Virus record (IMG/VR): IMGVR_UViG_3300033512_000183
Span: 1 to 49,392 of that record
Length of the DNA: 49,392 nucleotides
Origin: a virus
Lineage: Duplodnaviria; Caudoviricetes
Direction: 5' to 3' (one strand)
Made by a program: the position numbers and the translations under genes. The notes below the pieces were generated by a model that was given only the letters and a program-made list of their open reading frames with translations, made no database searches and was not told the DNA's origin. Positions 27,259-35,601 of the stretch are shown here, one piece after another; positions within the stretch are counted from its first letter, which is position 1, and every line of letters starts with the position of its first letter.

Positions 27259-28695
27259 ATGGAAAAACATGGAAGAATGACAGAAGCATCTGCTCGTGCA
27301 GAACTTCAAAAACACACTCAATCACAGCGTATGCGTGAAGAGGCTGCTGTTTCTAAATGGTCTAAAGTATCAATTGGCGGTATGGATCTTATTAACCTTT
27401 ATGAGTCTAATCCTCGTAAAGCTCGTTATGTAGCTTCTGCAATTGAAAACCAAGAACGTGCTCTTAAACAAATGTCAGAGACAACTGTTGCTACTTCTTT
27501 TGGTACAACTGTACGTCCTGAAAATCTCCTTAAAGTAGTTTATATCGGAACTGCAAATTCATGTCGTGGTGATATCTTCACTGAAGTACCTCTAACGACT
27601 ACTGATGACGCTCTGTTCTATATCAATATGGTATACGGTTCTACGAAACGTGATGCTACTATCAATACCAAGATTTATGAAAACATTTCTCAGTTCTATG
27701 CTTCTGAACGTTATTTCGGAACTGTAGGTACTGGAGCTGGTACTTCATTTACTTCTTCTCCTATGGCTCCTTTGCCTTTGATTCCTTGGTCTGTAAAGAT
27801 CACGGTTGACAATGCTCTTGTTGCTCAGGATAACGGTATGGGTGGTCTTGTTGGTTCAGTTCTTAATACATCTGCAACTAACACTGTTGATTACACTACT
27901 GGTATTATCACTGTTAACTTCCTTGCTTCTATCGGAGCTGGTGCAGTTGTTCAGTGTTACTATAACTGGTCTTCTGAGAACTCTGCTAACTACGGTGAAC
28001 TTGGAACAGTAAATATTGAGCTTACCAAAAAACGTTTCTCTGCTCGTCCTATGCCTTTAGGATATTCATTCTCTGACATGGCACAAGTAATGTTTGATAC
28101 GACTGGTCTTGGATCGGCTCGTGATTACCTTGAACGTGCAATTGGTGATGAACATGCTAAAGCTCGTGATTATCGTGCAATCGGTCTTGCTCGTCAAGTA
28201 GCTAACGGTAATGCTCTTACTACTTTCAATGCTGACTTTGCTGCTGTTGGTGAGGTTTCTCGTAAATCACACGCACAGAATCTCTTGCATGAAATCACCA
28301 AACTCGGTGGAACGATCTATGACGACGTTAAACGTGGCGGTATCAATAAAATCGTAACTGGTTCTAAAGCTCTTGCTTACATGAAACTTCACGATCTTTG
28401 GAAAGACGACACTGCAATGCCTCGTGTTGGTGTTTACAAAGCTGGTACATTGTCTGACATCGAAGTTTACGCTTGTCCTGCTGATGCAAATCTTGTTGCT
28501 AATAACGACATGTTGCTCACTTACAAGAACGAACAAGAAGGACTTGACATAGGAATAGCTTTCGGAACACTTACGGAGCTAAGTGCAGAATTGCGTTACC
28601 CTAACCTTTATACGGAAGGGGTGTTGGCGACTGTCGAAGATTCGATGATCATTAACCAAAAATTTATTCGCAGAATGCAAATCCAAAATATCTAA
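27259..28695 (+). CDS. Major capsid protein (T4 gp23-like, HK97 fold)
   Basis: Follows protease/scaffold; KW...IENQ N-terminal pattern, putative maturation site MSE|TT, ARPMPLGYSFS; strongest codon bias in the window. Confidence 0.88.
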   Translation: MEKHGRMTEASARAELQKHTQSQRMREEAAVSKWSKVSIGGMDLINLYESNPRKARYVASAIENQERALKQMSETTVATSFGTTVRPENLLKVVYIGTANSCRGDIFTEVPLTTTDDALFYINMVYGSTKRDATINTKIYENISQFYASERYFGTVGTGAGTSFTSSPMAPLPLIPWSVKITVDNALVAQDNGMGGLVGSVLNTSATNTVDYTTGIITVNFLASIGAGAVVQCYYNWSSENSANYGELGTVNIELTKKRFSARPMPLGYSFSDMAQVMFDTTGLGSARDYLERAIGDEHAKARDYRAIGLARQVANGNALTTFNADFAAVGEVSRKSHAQNLLHEITKLGGTIYDDVKRGGINKIVTGSKALAYMKLHDLWKDDTAMPRVGVYKAGTLSDIEVYACPADANLVANNDMLLTYKNEQEGLDIGIAFGTLTELSAELRYPNLYTEGVLATVEDSMIINQKFIRRMQIQNI

Positions 28696-28719
28696 TTTAA
28701 CTATTAAATATTTTATACG

Positions 28720-28748
28720 AAACCTCCTTAGAAATAAGGAGGTTTTTT
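28720..28748 (+). terminator. Intrinsic terminator
   Basis: AAACCTCCTTA-GAAA-TAAGGAGGTTT plus T-run. Confidence 0.85.
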
Positions 28749-28750
28749 AT

Positions 28751-28779
28751 TTTAAATTTCTTTACTAATTCATTATATT
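28751..28779 (+). promoter_or_regulatory. Bipartite promoter TTTAAA-N17-TATATT with embedded TACTAAT
   Basis: Same class as 3271; TACTAAT at 28763. Confidence 0.6.
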
Positions 28780-28798
28780 ATATGTAGAGGTAAATTTA

Positions 28799-29767
28799 AT
28801 GTTTGGAATAATTTATAAAGCTACCAATATCTTAGACGGTAAAGTATATATTGGACAAACAGTGCGTGAATTTGATAAAAGGAAGAAAGACCATATAAAT
28901 GTTGCACTCAGAGATGAGGGTCACTATTTTCAGTCAGCTATACTTTTACACGGTATAGAAAATTTTATTTGGGAAATAATTGATGAAGCAGAAACAAGAG
29001 AAGAACTTGATGAAAAAGAGAAAGAATGGATTTGGCTAAACGCCTCTTTTGGTTTCGATCAACAGTTTGGCTATAATCTTACTGAAGGGGGTAAAGGTAA
29101 TTCTGGATATATAGTATCAGTTGAAACTCGTCAAAAACAAAGTGATGCTGCTAAAGGCAGAATCGTATTAGAGGAAACAAGACAGAAACACCGTGAACGA
29201 CCAAGAACTCCCGAATCTAATGAAAAGAGAAGACAAACACTTAAAGGGGTCAAACGTCCTCCTGAAGTTGTTGAAAAAATTAGACAGGCTAATACTGGAA
29301 AGATACGCTCTGAAGAAACCAAACAAAATCTAAGCAAAGCTCTTACGGGTAGAAAACTTTCTGAAGAGCATAATAAAAATAAAGCTAAGGCTCAAACGGG
29401 GTTAAAGCGTTCTAAGGAATTTGGAGAAGCATCAAGTAAACGACAAAAAGGTGTTCCTAAGTCTGTTGAACATACCCGTAAGAATAGTGAATCACATAAA
29501 GGCATTATACCCTCTGCTGAAACTCGTGCAAAGCGTAGTGCTTCCATGATGGGTAAACGAAAAGGAACTCATTTGTCTGAGGAGCAGAAACGACAAATTA
29601 GTGCTACTCTTAAAGGTAGAAAAGTTTCTGCTGAATCACTTGCTAATCGTACTTCTTGTAAAGGGTCTAAGAAGATGATTAAGGATGGGGTTGTTAAACA
29701 GGTTACTTCTAATAAGATTGAATTGTTTATTTCTGAAGGTTGGAGTTTTATTGCTAAATCAGCATAA
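28799..29767 (+). CDS. Free-standing GIY-YIG homing endonuclease with NUMOD3 repeats
   Basis: GIIYKATN...VYIGQT, GYNLTEGG, SEET-type repeats. Confidence 0.9.
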   Translation: MFGIIYKATNILDGKVYIGQTVREFDKRKKDHINVALRDEGHYFQSAILLHGIENFIWEIIDEAETREELDEKEKEWIWLNASFGFDQQFGYNLTEGGKGNSGYIVSVETRQKQSDAAKGRIVLEETRQKHRERPRTPESNEKRRQTLKGVKRPPEVVEKIRQANTGKIRSEETKQNLSKALTGRKLSEEHNKNKAKAQTGLKRSKEFGEASSKRQKGVPKSVEHTRKNSESHKGIIPSAETRAKRSASMMGKRKGTHLSEEQKRQISATLKGRKVSAESLANRTSCKGSKKMIKDGVVKQVTSNKIELFISEGWSFIAKSA

Positions 29768-29783
29768 ATATAAATAAAAAGTT

Positions 29784-29812
29784 TTTAATTTTCTCCGTAA
29801 CCTTACTATATT
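29784..29812 (+). promoter_or_regulatory. Bipartite promoter TTTAAT-N17-TATATT
   Basis: Same class as 3271. Confidence 0.65.
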
Positions 29813-29833
29813 ACTTATAAGGAGAAAGACAAA

Positions 29834-30256
29834 ATGGAACGATATAAATCACAAGAGTTTAGACAGCTTCAACAGATTTACTTTGATTATAACGAAGGTG
29901 TTATATCTGATGATGAGGCTATGACGCAATTGCAGGAGATGAATATTTTGCCTAAATATCTTTTACAAGAGATGTCTATTATTAAGACTATTGTGAATTA
30001 TATTAACTACTATAGTTCTGTGAAAGAAGCTCATAATGGTACTGATTTTGAAAAGGTATCTAAAGGATTTACTTCTATATATACGAATTATTTATTGACA
30101 AAAGGTATATCTAGAGATGATATGTCTTTTGTTGAGTTTATTGAATGGATGTTATCTGAAAATAAATATTCTAAACAAGAGATTAAAGGTGTTAGGAATA
30201 TTAAATTATTTTGGGATTTTGTTGCTGATGTTGAAAAATACATCAATTTGAAATAG
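29834..30256 (+). CDS. Hypothetical protein
   Basis: RBS TAAGGAG. Confidence 0.65.
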   Translation: MERYKSQEFRQLQQIYFDYNEGVISDDEAMTQLQEMNILPKYLLQEMSIIKTIVNYINYYSSVKEAHNGTDFEKVSKGFTSIYTNYLLTKGISRDDMSFVEFIEWMLSENKYSKQEIKGVRNIKLFWDFVADVEKYINLK

Positions 30257-30267
30257 GAGAAAACAAC

Positions 30268-32076
30268 ATGGTACGAAACTTCGAGAAATTTGAAATAGGG
30301 CATTACTATCTTTACACCGATAAAGAAGAGCCAATGTCTTTCGATCCTCATGGGATTATGAGGATGGTGTTGGATAACAAACCACGAAAATGTATCAAGG
30401 TAACAAGCACAGATAGTAAAGCTGCCGTATTTGAGGGTATGTCTGAATATTCAGGCAACTCGAACTATAATCATTGTTGGATTTGGGAGCATGGTTTTGA
30501 TAACTGGATTGAAGTTGAAGCGCCTGATTATGCATTGCAAGAAGATAACGACGTTTACGTGAACGGGGAAATAAGAGAAAATTGGGTTAAGGGTTTTTCT
30601 GGTTGTCGACAAGGATATCAAAGTATATATGCTCTTAAAAAGAAAGTTAAGGAAACTAATATGATAGATATTAAAGACTTGAAAGTTGGTATGAAGGTTA
30701 AGACTTCAAACAATAACGATATTTATACTATACATAGCATAGATGGCAAAAGAATTATCTTAAATGATGAAGGTAGGTGGACTACATCAAAAGGTATTAT
30801 TAAAATAATCTCAGAACCATCAGTTGCACCCACAAAAAAACTTGATTTGAAAATTGGAACTAAATTGAAAGTGGGCATGTTATCAGCTACATATGAACTA
30901 ATGGAGTTTTTATCTGATGACAAAATTAAGGTTGAAGCTAAAGATAAAAGCTTTAAAGAATATGATGTTCGTAATATTAAGATAGAGGATATCAGAGAAA
31001 TAGTATCACAACCTAATACTACAGGATATCCTGATGTTCCTTTTGAAGCTTGTGTTAGTGACACAAATGAAAAACCAACTAAAAGAGAGAACAGCCCATA
31101 TGTTACTATTATAAGGATAGCATCAGAAAATCCTAAAGGTAATTTTATAGATAAAAATAAACAAGCATGGAAATATTGTACTCCTATAGTTAAAGAAGAA
31201 ACTAAAGATGAATATCCTTATTGGGCTTATATAGGCAATGATCTTGAAACAATTAAACAAACTGATGATTTCAAACGAATTGTTATAGGTAAAAAAGGTT
31301 GTAGATTTGAAGCTGTTACAGATATAGATGAAGAAAATGTGAATAATTATCTCAATAAAAGAAGTGAATATAAAACTAACACTTGGAAATACGCAACCAG
31401 AATAGATGAACCTGTTATATTTACTAAGGAGAAAGAAATGATTAATATTAAATCCACAAGCTTTCCGGGAGTCATTCTTCCTCAAGGTAAGTACCAAACA
31501 AGCATGAGAAGTCACGCAGGTACTATTATAAACCCACCTGGAATTGAGACTAAAATCCATATCAAGGACTTAAAACTACCTTGTCAAATATCTGGTGTAG
31601 ATGAAGAAGGTAAGAATAAAATTATGAATGCTTTAGGTTGTGAGTGGGGCAATGGTAAAAAAGTTGAAGATATTGAATTTGTGACAGCATTTCTTATCAT
31701 TGAAAAAGCTAAGACATGTGCCCAAAGCTATCACCAGCAGTATACGAACACATACGACTATAAATATATAGTGTTTGATGATGCAGAATATATTCGCTTT
31801 CCCGATGGAACTAAAGTAGCAGTTCATCAAGGTAATGTTGATTGGGGAATTGGTAGTACATCAGGAGTAGGTATACAACTTATATGTCAACCCTTTACTC
31901 CATCACAAATTAAAGATATGGAGCGTATGCGTAAGGAGATTGAAAAAGTTTGCTTTGATAAAAAGAAATCAAAGTACATCAAACTATCTACAACAGAACT
32001 TGAACCGAGTGATTACGCTACTCACAAACAAGTATATTTACGGCTTTCAAAAAAGAAAGTCGAGGATATAAAATAA
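30268..32076 (+). CDS. Mosaic multidomain hypothetical protein with internal in-frame starts
   Basis: RBS AGGAG; further RBS+ATG pairs at 30661 and 31438; repeated DLK(V/I)G and WKY motifs. Confidence 0.6.
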   Translation: MVRNFEKFEIGHYYLYTDKEEPMSFDPHGIMRMVLDNKPRKCIKVTSTDSKAAVFEGMSEYSGNSNYNHCWIWEHGFDNWIEVEAPDYALQEDNDVYVNGEIRENWVKGFSGCRQGYQSIYALKKKVKETNMIDIKDLKVGMKVKTSNNNDIYTIHSIDGKRIILNDEGRWTTSKGIIKIISEPSVAPTKKLDLKIGTKLKVGMLSATYELMEFLSDDKIKVEAKDKSFKEYDVRNIKIEDIREIVSQPNTTGYPDVPFEACVSDTNEKPTKRENSPYVTIIRIASENPKGNFIDKNKQAWKYCTPIVKEETKDEYPYWAYIGNDLETIKQTDDFKRIVIGKKGCRFEAVTDIDEENVNNYLNKRSEYKTNTWKYATRIDEPVIFTKEKEMINIKSTSFPGVILPQGKYQTSMRSHAGTIINPPGIETKIHIKDLKLPCQISGVDEEGKNKIMNALGCEWGNGKKVEDIEFVTAFLIIEKAKTCAQSYHQQYTNTYDYKYIVFDDAEYIRFPDGTKVAVHQGNVDWGIGSTSGVGIQLICQPFTPSQIKDMERMRKEIEKVCFDKKKSKYIKLSTTELEPSDYATHKQVYLRLSKKKVEDIK

Positions 32077-32106
32077 ATTTATTATCAACAAAAGGAGAAC
32101 GGAACT

Positions 32107-32409
32107 ATGGGAGAACAAAAAGGTCGTATCTACAAAGTGCTCACAACAGAAGGCGAGAAAAAGATTATCGATGACATGACTGAACGTGAGATTAAACGCT
32201 TGAAGGCTAAATTCCTCATGACGTTTATTGATGCTCAAGACACTCTGGATCAAAAGATCACAGAACTTGATGCAGACTTGCTTACGTTTCAAGATGGCTT
32301 TGATGTAGATGAACGTATCGAAGCAGAGCTTGAGGTGGATCAGATCAATCTTGAGATTAAGAAAATCAAAGAGATTTATGCTGATTTGTTCGGTGAAGAA
32401 CTGAAGTAA
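32107..32409 (+). CDS. Acidic coiled-coil hypothetical protein
   Basis: RBS AAGGAG; followed by a terminator. Confidence 0.65.
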   Translation: MGEQKGRIYKVLTTEGEKKIIDDMTEREIKRLKAKFLMTFIDAQDTLDQKITELDADLLTFQDGFDVDERIEAELEVDQINLEIKKIKEIYADLFGEELK

Positions 32410-32433
32410 TACTGTTTCTCTGCTCAGACGCTT

Positions 32434-32466
32434 AACCCTTAGATGTAACAATTTGAGGGTTTTTCT
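32434..32466 (+). terminator. Intrinsic terminator
   Basis: AACCCTTAGAT/ATTTGAGGGTT stem with G-U pairs plus T-run. Confidence 0.7.
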
Positions 32467-32598
32467 TATGTTAATTTTAATATAAATTATGCTTAAAATA
32501 TGTACAAATAAAAGTGAAATTTTTTACATTTTTTTACAAAAAAGTAGTATACATTTTATAAAATATATATTATATTTATAAGGGAATTACTAATAAAT

Positions 32599-33840
32599 AT
32601 GGAAAAGAAAATAATACATAAAGGATACAAGTTTAGACTTTATCCAAACGAAGAACAAAAGACTTTTATTCATAAGTCTATTGGCTCATGTCGTTTTGTA
32701 TATAATTATTTTCTCGACGCTAAAACTAAGTATTATGCTGAACATAAAACAGACACAAAGAAAAGCTTATCATTTGTTGAAACTGAGCATTTACTCACAA
32801 TCCTTAAAAAGGATAACCAATTTGATTGGCTCAATGAAATAAATTCACAATCACTTCAATACGCCCTTAGAAACTTAGACTCGGCTTATACACTATTTTT
32901 CAAAAAGGTAACCGATTTCCCTACTTTCAAAAAGAAAAGAAATGGTGGAAGTTTTACTGTACCACAATTCTTTAAAATAGTAGAAGAAGGTGGTAAAAAT
33001 TCTTATATTAAAATTCCTAAACTTAAACAGTCATTAAAGTTTAGAAGATCGAGAGAGATAAAAGGTAAAATACTTTACTGTACTATTTCAAAAACTCCTA
33101 CTGATAAATATTTTATCACTTTTACCGTTAAAGAAGAAGTTGAAGTAAAAGAAAATAAACAATTAACCGCTGTTGGACTTGATGTTGGTATCAAATCATT
33201 TTGTATGACTTCAGATAATGAAGAAATATTAAATGATAAAAATATAAAGAGAAAAGAAAGACGTAGAAAAATTAAACAGCGTAAAATTGCTAAAAGCAAA
33301 AAAGGAAGTAATAATAGAAGGAAACTTGTAAAGCAATTAGCAGTTAAACATGAAAAAGAAACTAACGCTAAGAAAGATTTTTTACATAAAGTAAGTCATT
33401 ATCTTGTCGAAAACAAAGACATTATAATTACTGAAGACTTGAATGTAAAAGGTATGATTAAAAACCATAAATTAGCTAAGGCAATTTCACACCAAAACTT
33501 TGGTGAGTTTTTTAGACAATTAGAATATAAATCTGATTGGAACAACAAGATATTTTATAAAATAGATCGTTGGTATCCATCAAGTCAGATCTGTAATCAT
33601 TGTGGATCACAAAATCACAATTTGAAATTGTCCGATAGAACTTGGGTTTGTGAAAGTTGTCAAAGAACAATAGACAGAGACTTAAATGCAAGCCTAAACA
33701 TTAGAGATTTAGGTTTGCATGATTTAAAAATAACTACGGTTGGAACGACCGAAAGTCACGCTTCTGGAAGAACTAAAATTACAGATTCGTCAATTGACGG
33801 ATCAGTGAGTTCTAACGAAAGAAGAATCCTTTGCCTTTAG
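32599..33840 (+). CDS. tnpB: RNA-guided endonuclease TnpB (IS200/IS605 family)
   Basis: KGYKFRLYP N-terminal HTH; RuvC residues GLDVG, TEDL and DRDLNA intact; CNHC...CESC zinc finger. Confidence 0.93.
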   Translation: MEKKIIHKGYKFRLYPNEEQKTFIHKSIGSCRFVYNYFLDAKTKYYAEHKTDTKKSLSFVETEHLLTILKKDNQFDWLNEINSQSLQYALRNLDSAYTLFFKKVTDFPTFKKKRNGGSFTVPQFFKIVEEGGKNSYIKIPKLKQSLKFRRSREIKGKILYCTISKTPTDKYFITFTVKEEVEVKENKQLTAVGLDVGIKSFCMTSDNEEILNDKNIKRKERRRKIKQRKIAKSKKGSNNRRKLVKQLAVKHEKETNAKKDFLHKVSHYLVENKDIIITEDLNVKGMIKNHKLAKAISHQNFGEFFRQLEYKSDWNNKIFYKIDRWYPSSQICNHCGSQNHNLKLSDRTWVCESCQRTIDRDLNASLNIRDLGLHDLKITTVGTTESHASGRTKITDSSIDGSVSSNERRILCL

Positions 33841-33855
33841 GCAGAGGTAGCTCAA
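32599..33855 (+). mobile_element. TnpB-only (IS1341-like) element; left end not identified
   Basis: Right-end hairpin CCTTTGCC-TTTA-GGCAGAGG (33828-33847) ending in TCAA at 33855; no tnpA in window. Confidence 0.7.
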
Positions 33856-33875
33856 TAGGTGTTTGTATATTGTTT
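33733..33875 (+). ncRNA. Predicted TnpB omegaRNA/reRNA (scaffold to 33855, guide about 33856-33875)
   Basis: Hairpins CGGTTG/CGACCG, AGAACT/AGTTCT, GATTCGTC/GACGGATC and the right-end stem overlap the tnpB 3' end, as is established for TnpB reRNAs. Confidence 0.65.
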
Positions 33876-33878
33876 ATA

Positions 33879-33909
33879 TGAATGAATGAGTGAGTGAGTG
33901 AGTCATTCA
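33879..33909 (+). repeat. (TGAA)2(TGAG)4 tetranucleotide run closed by TCATTCA
   Basis: Direct reading; TGAATGA/TCATTCA inverted repeat. Confidence 0.8.
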
Positions 33910-33947
33910 GAAGGTAATTAAATTTTTTAATTTTTTATAAAAAATAG

Positions 33948-33976
33948 TTGCCTTTTTCACATAGTTATTTTATATT
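33948..33976 (+). promoter_or_regulatory. sigma70-like promoter TTGCCT-N17-TATATT
   Basis: AT-rich upstream region, canonical spacing, RBS AAGGAG downstream. Confidence 0.6.
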
Positions 33977-34003
33977 ATATTTAATTAAAAAAGGAGAAAG
34001 TTT

Positions 34004-34138
34004 ATGAAAATCATTGTTACATCAAATTTGAAAAGGGATCATAAACGTTTTGATATTACTACGCTTTCTAATGGTAGCAGAAAGGCTACTTTTATAGATT
34101 GCTATTTATTTGAGATAATTGTTCAAATAGGATGGTAG
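34004..34138 (+). CDS. 44-aa hypothetical protein (not in ORF track)
   Basis: RBS AAGGAG; MKIIVTSNLKRDHKRFDITT... Confidence 0.55.
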   Translation: MKIIVTSNLKRDHKRFDITTLSNGSRKATFIDCYLFEIIVQIGW

Positions 34139-34140
34139 TA

Positions 34141-34506
34141 ATGAAATCAGAATCGTTGAAAGAATGGAGAGAAACTGAAAGATTTACTGAGATGGCTAGA
34201 ATTGGTAATCTCCCTAAACATACAAAAATATCGATTTGGGTAAATGAAAAAAGGGAAGAAAGAGAAGCACCTCATGTGCATATTAGACTTTCTAATAATG
34301 ATGTTATTCGATTGTACATAAAGACTTTAAAAGGAATGGATGGAAGAACATTAGAAAGCAATGTTATGAAAGAATTTAAGAAATGGCTTTTATCGTCACA
34401 TAGAGATAATGCTAAAGTAACTAATTTAGAAGTTGCAATAATTATGTGGAATGCACAAGCACATGCTGAAAAGATTAAAATGTCACAATTATCTTGGTTG
34501 AAGTAA
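34141..34506 (+). CDS. DUF4160-like protein
   Basis: ISIWVNE...EAPHVHI resembles the DUF4160 PPHxH motif. Confidence 0.55.
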   Translation: MKSESLKEWRETERFTEMARIGNLPKHTKISIWVNEKREEREAPHVHIRLSNNDVIRLYIKTLKGMDGRTLESNVMKEFKKWLLSSHRDNAKVTNLEVAIIMWNAQAHAEKIKMSQLSWLK

Positions 34507-34514
34507 AAAAGTAG

Positions 34515-34543
34515 TTTACATTTTCTACAGTATATTGTAGATT
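34515..34543 (+). promoter_or_regulatory. sigma70-like promoter TTTACA-N17-TAGATT
   Basis: Flank AAAAAGTAGTTTACATTTT is nearly identical to the region upstream of tnpB (AAAAAGTAGTATACATTTT). Confidence 0.6.
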
Positions 34544-34571
34544 GTAATAAATTAAATTAGGAGTAAGTCAA

Positions 34572-34730
34572 ATGACTACACAAAAAACAAGAGCTAAGAG
34601 TTACAAAATGGAAGTGAAGCAACTTCGTCTTAAACTTAAGATGATGAAAGCTGTTCTTCCACTCAAACAATCAGGAGCTTGGTCTGCTGAAGAATTTGAG
34701 AATTTTTGTGACGGAGTTCTTCAAGGGTAA
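34572..34730 (+). CDS. 52-aa hypothetical protein (not in ORF track)
   Basis: RBS AGGAG; MTTQKTRAKSYKMEVKQLRL... Confidence 0.6.
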   Translation: MTTQKTRAKSYKMEVKQLRLKLKMMKAVLPLKQSGAWSAEEFENFCDGVLQG

Positions 34731-34790
34731 TTTGATTCAAGGTTTTCGGTCATCCTTCAAAACCGAATAATTAAACATTGGAGAAAAGCA

Positions 34791-34895
34791 ATGGATGATT
34801 ATGAGAAAGCCATTCAACAACGTATAGAACAAATTCTAATTCGTTTACAAGAATTAGAAAGAGAATATAATGAATACTACAATAGGAGCAAATAA
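34791..34895 (+). CDS. 34-aa coiled-coil peptide (not in ORF track)
   Basis: RBS GGAG; TAATG coupling to the sigma-like gene. Confidence 0.5.
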   Translation: MDDYEKAIQQRIEQILIRLQELEREYNEYYNRSK

Positions 34896-35572
34896 TGAAT
34901 TATTCAAAGTCACTGTTAACTGAGATCAACCGAGAATACATGACTGATGCTGAAATGATTACTTTATGGCAGACAAAACCTCAAAGAATTAAAACAATCG
35001 TTGAAACACAATTATGGTTAAAGTACCAACCTCTCATAAAAGCAACAATTCGTAAGTGGCATATGAGATACAGAGTTCTTTCTGATTTTGATGTAGAGGA
35101 TTTGATGCAGGATATGTTTTTTGTATTTGTTGAAACTCCCGGTAAAATAAATAAAGTGTATGATGGATTTTCATTTGGAGCTTTTGTTAAAATGCAACTC
35201 GTAGCTCATATGAAATCAGTTATAAATGCAAAACAAAACGAGATGAATAGAGAATATTACACAAAAACTGCTTCAATACATAACGATGACACAGATCATA
35301 CTATAGAAGATATTGCTTCAGAGTATTACACCCCTGATCAAGATGCTGTTATGTTAGAAGTTAAGTCTTTATATGATTCTTTCAAAAAAGAAATTACAAA
35401 TAAGCGTGATAAGAAAATGCTTACTGCTCTTGAACGCTATAATGGAATTAAGAAAGACAAGGATATTTATCCGAAACTTGGGTTTGCTTCACAACCTGCA
35501 TTTTGGTATCAAAAAGAAAAACTTAAAAAACAATATGTTGACTATATGCATAAAGCTGGGTATCAGTTGTAA
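34895..35572 (+). CDS. RNA polymerase sigma-factor-like protein
   Basis: LWLKYQPLI...VEDLMQD...SFGAFV region-2 pattern and C-terminal HTH-like region 4. Confidence 0.72.
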   Translation: MNYSKSLLTEINREYMTDAEMITLWQTKPQRIKTIVETQLWLKYQPLIKATIRKWHMRYRVLSDFDVEDLMQDMFFVFVETPGKINKVYDGFSFGAFVKMQLVAHMKSVINAKQNEMNREYYTKTASIHNDDTDHTIEDIASEYYTPDQDAVMLEVKSLYDSFKKEITNKRDKKMLTALERYNGIKKDKDIYPKLGFASQPAFWYQKEKLKKQYVDYMHKAGYQL

Positions 35573-35601
35573 AAGTTACTAATAATTTTGGGGGTACGAT
35601 A

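Noticed and set aside
12562-29833. Group I introns housing the GIY-YIG genes
   Set aside because: Flanking genes look complete, intergenic space is too short for an intron core, and two of the three have their own promoter motifs; treated as free-standing.
32599-33840. Nuclease-dead TnpB (TldR) or Cas12f
   Set aside because: All three RuvC acidic residues are present, there is an IS-type right end, and no CRISPR array is adjacent.
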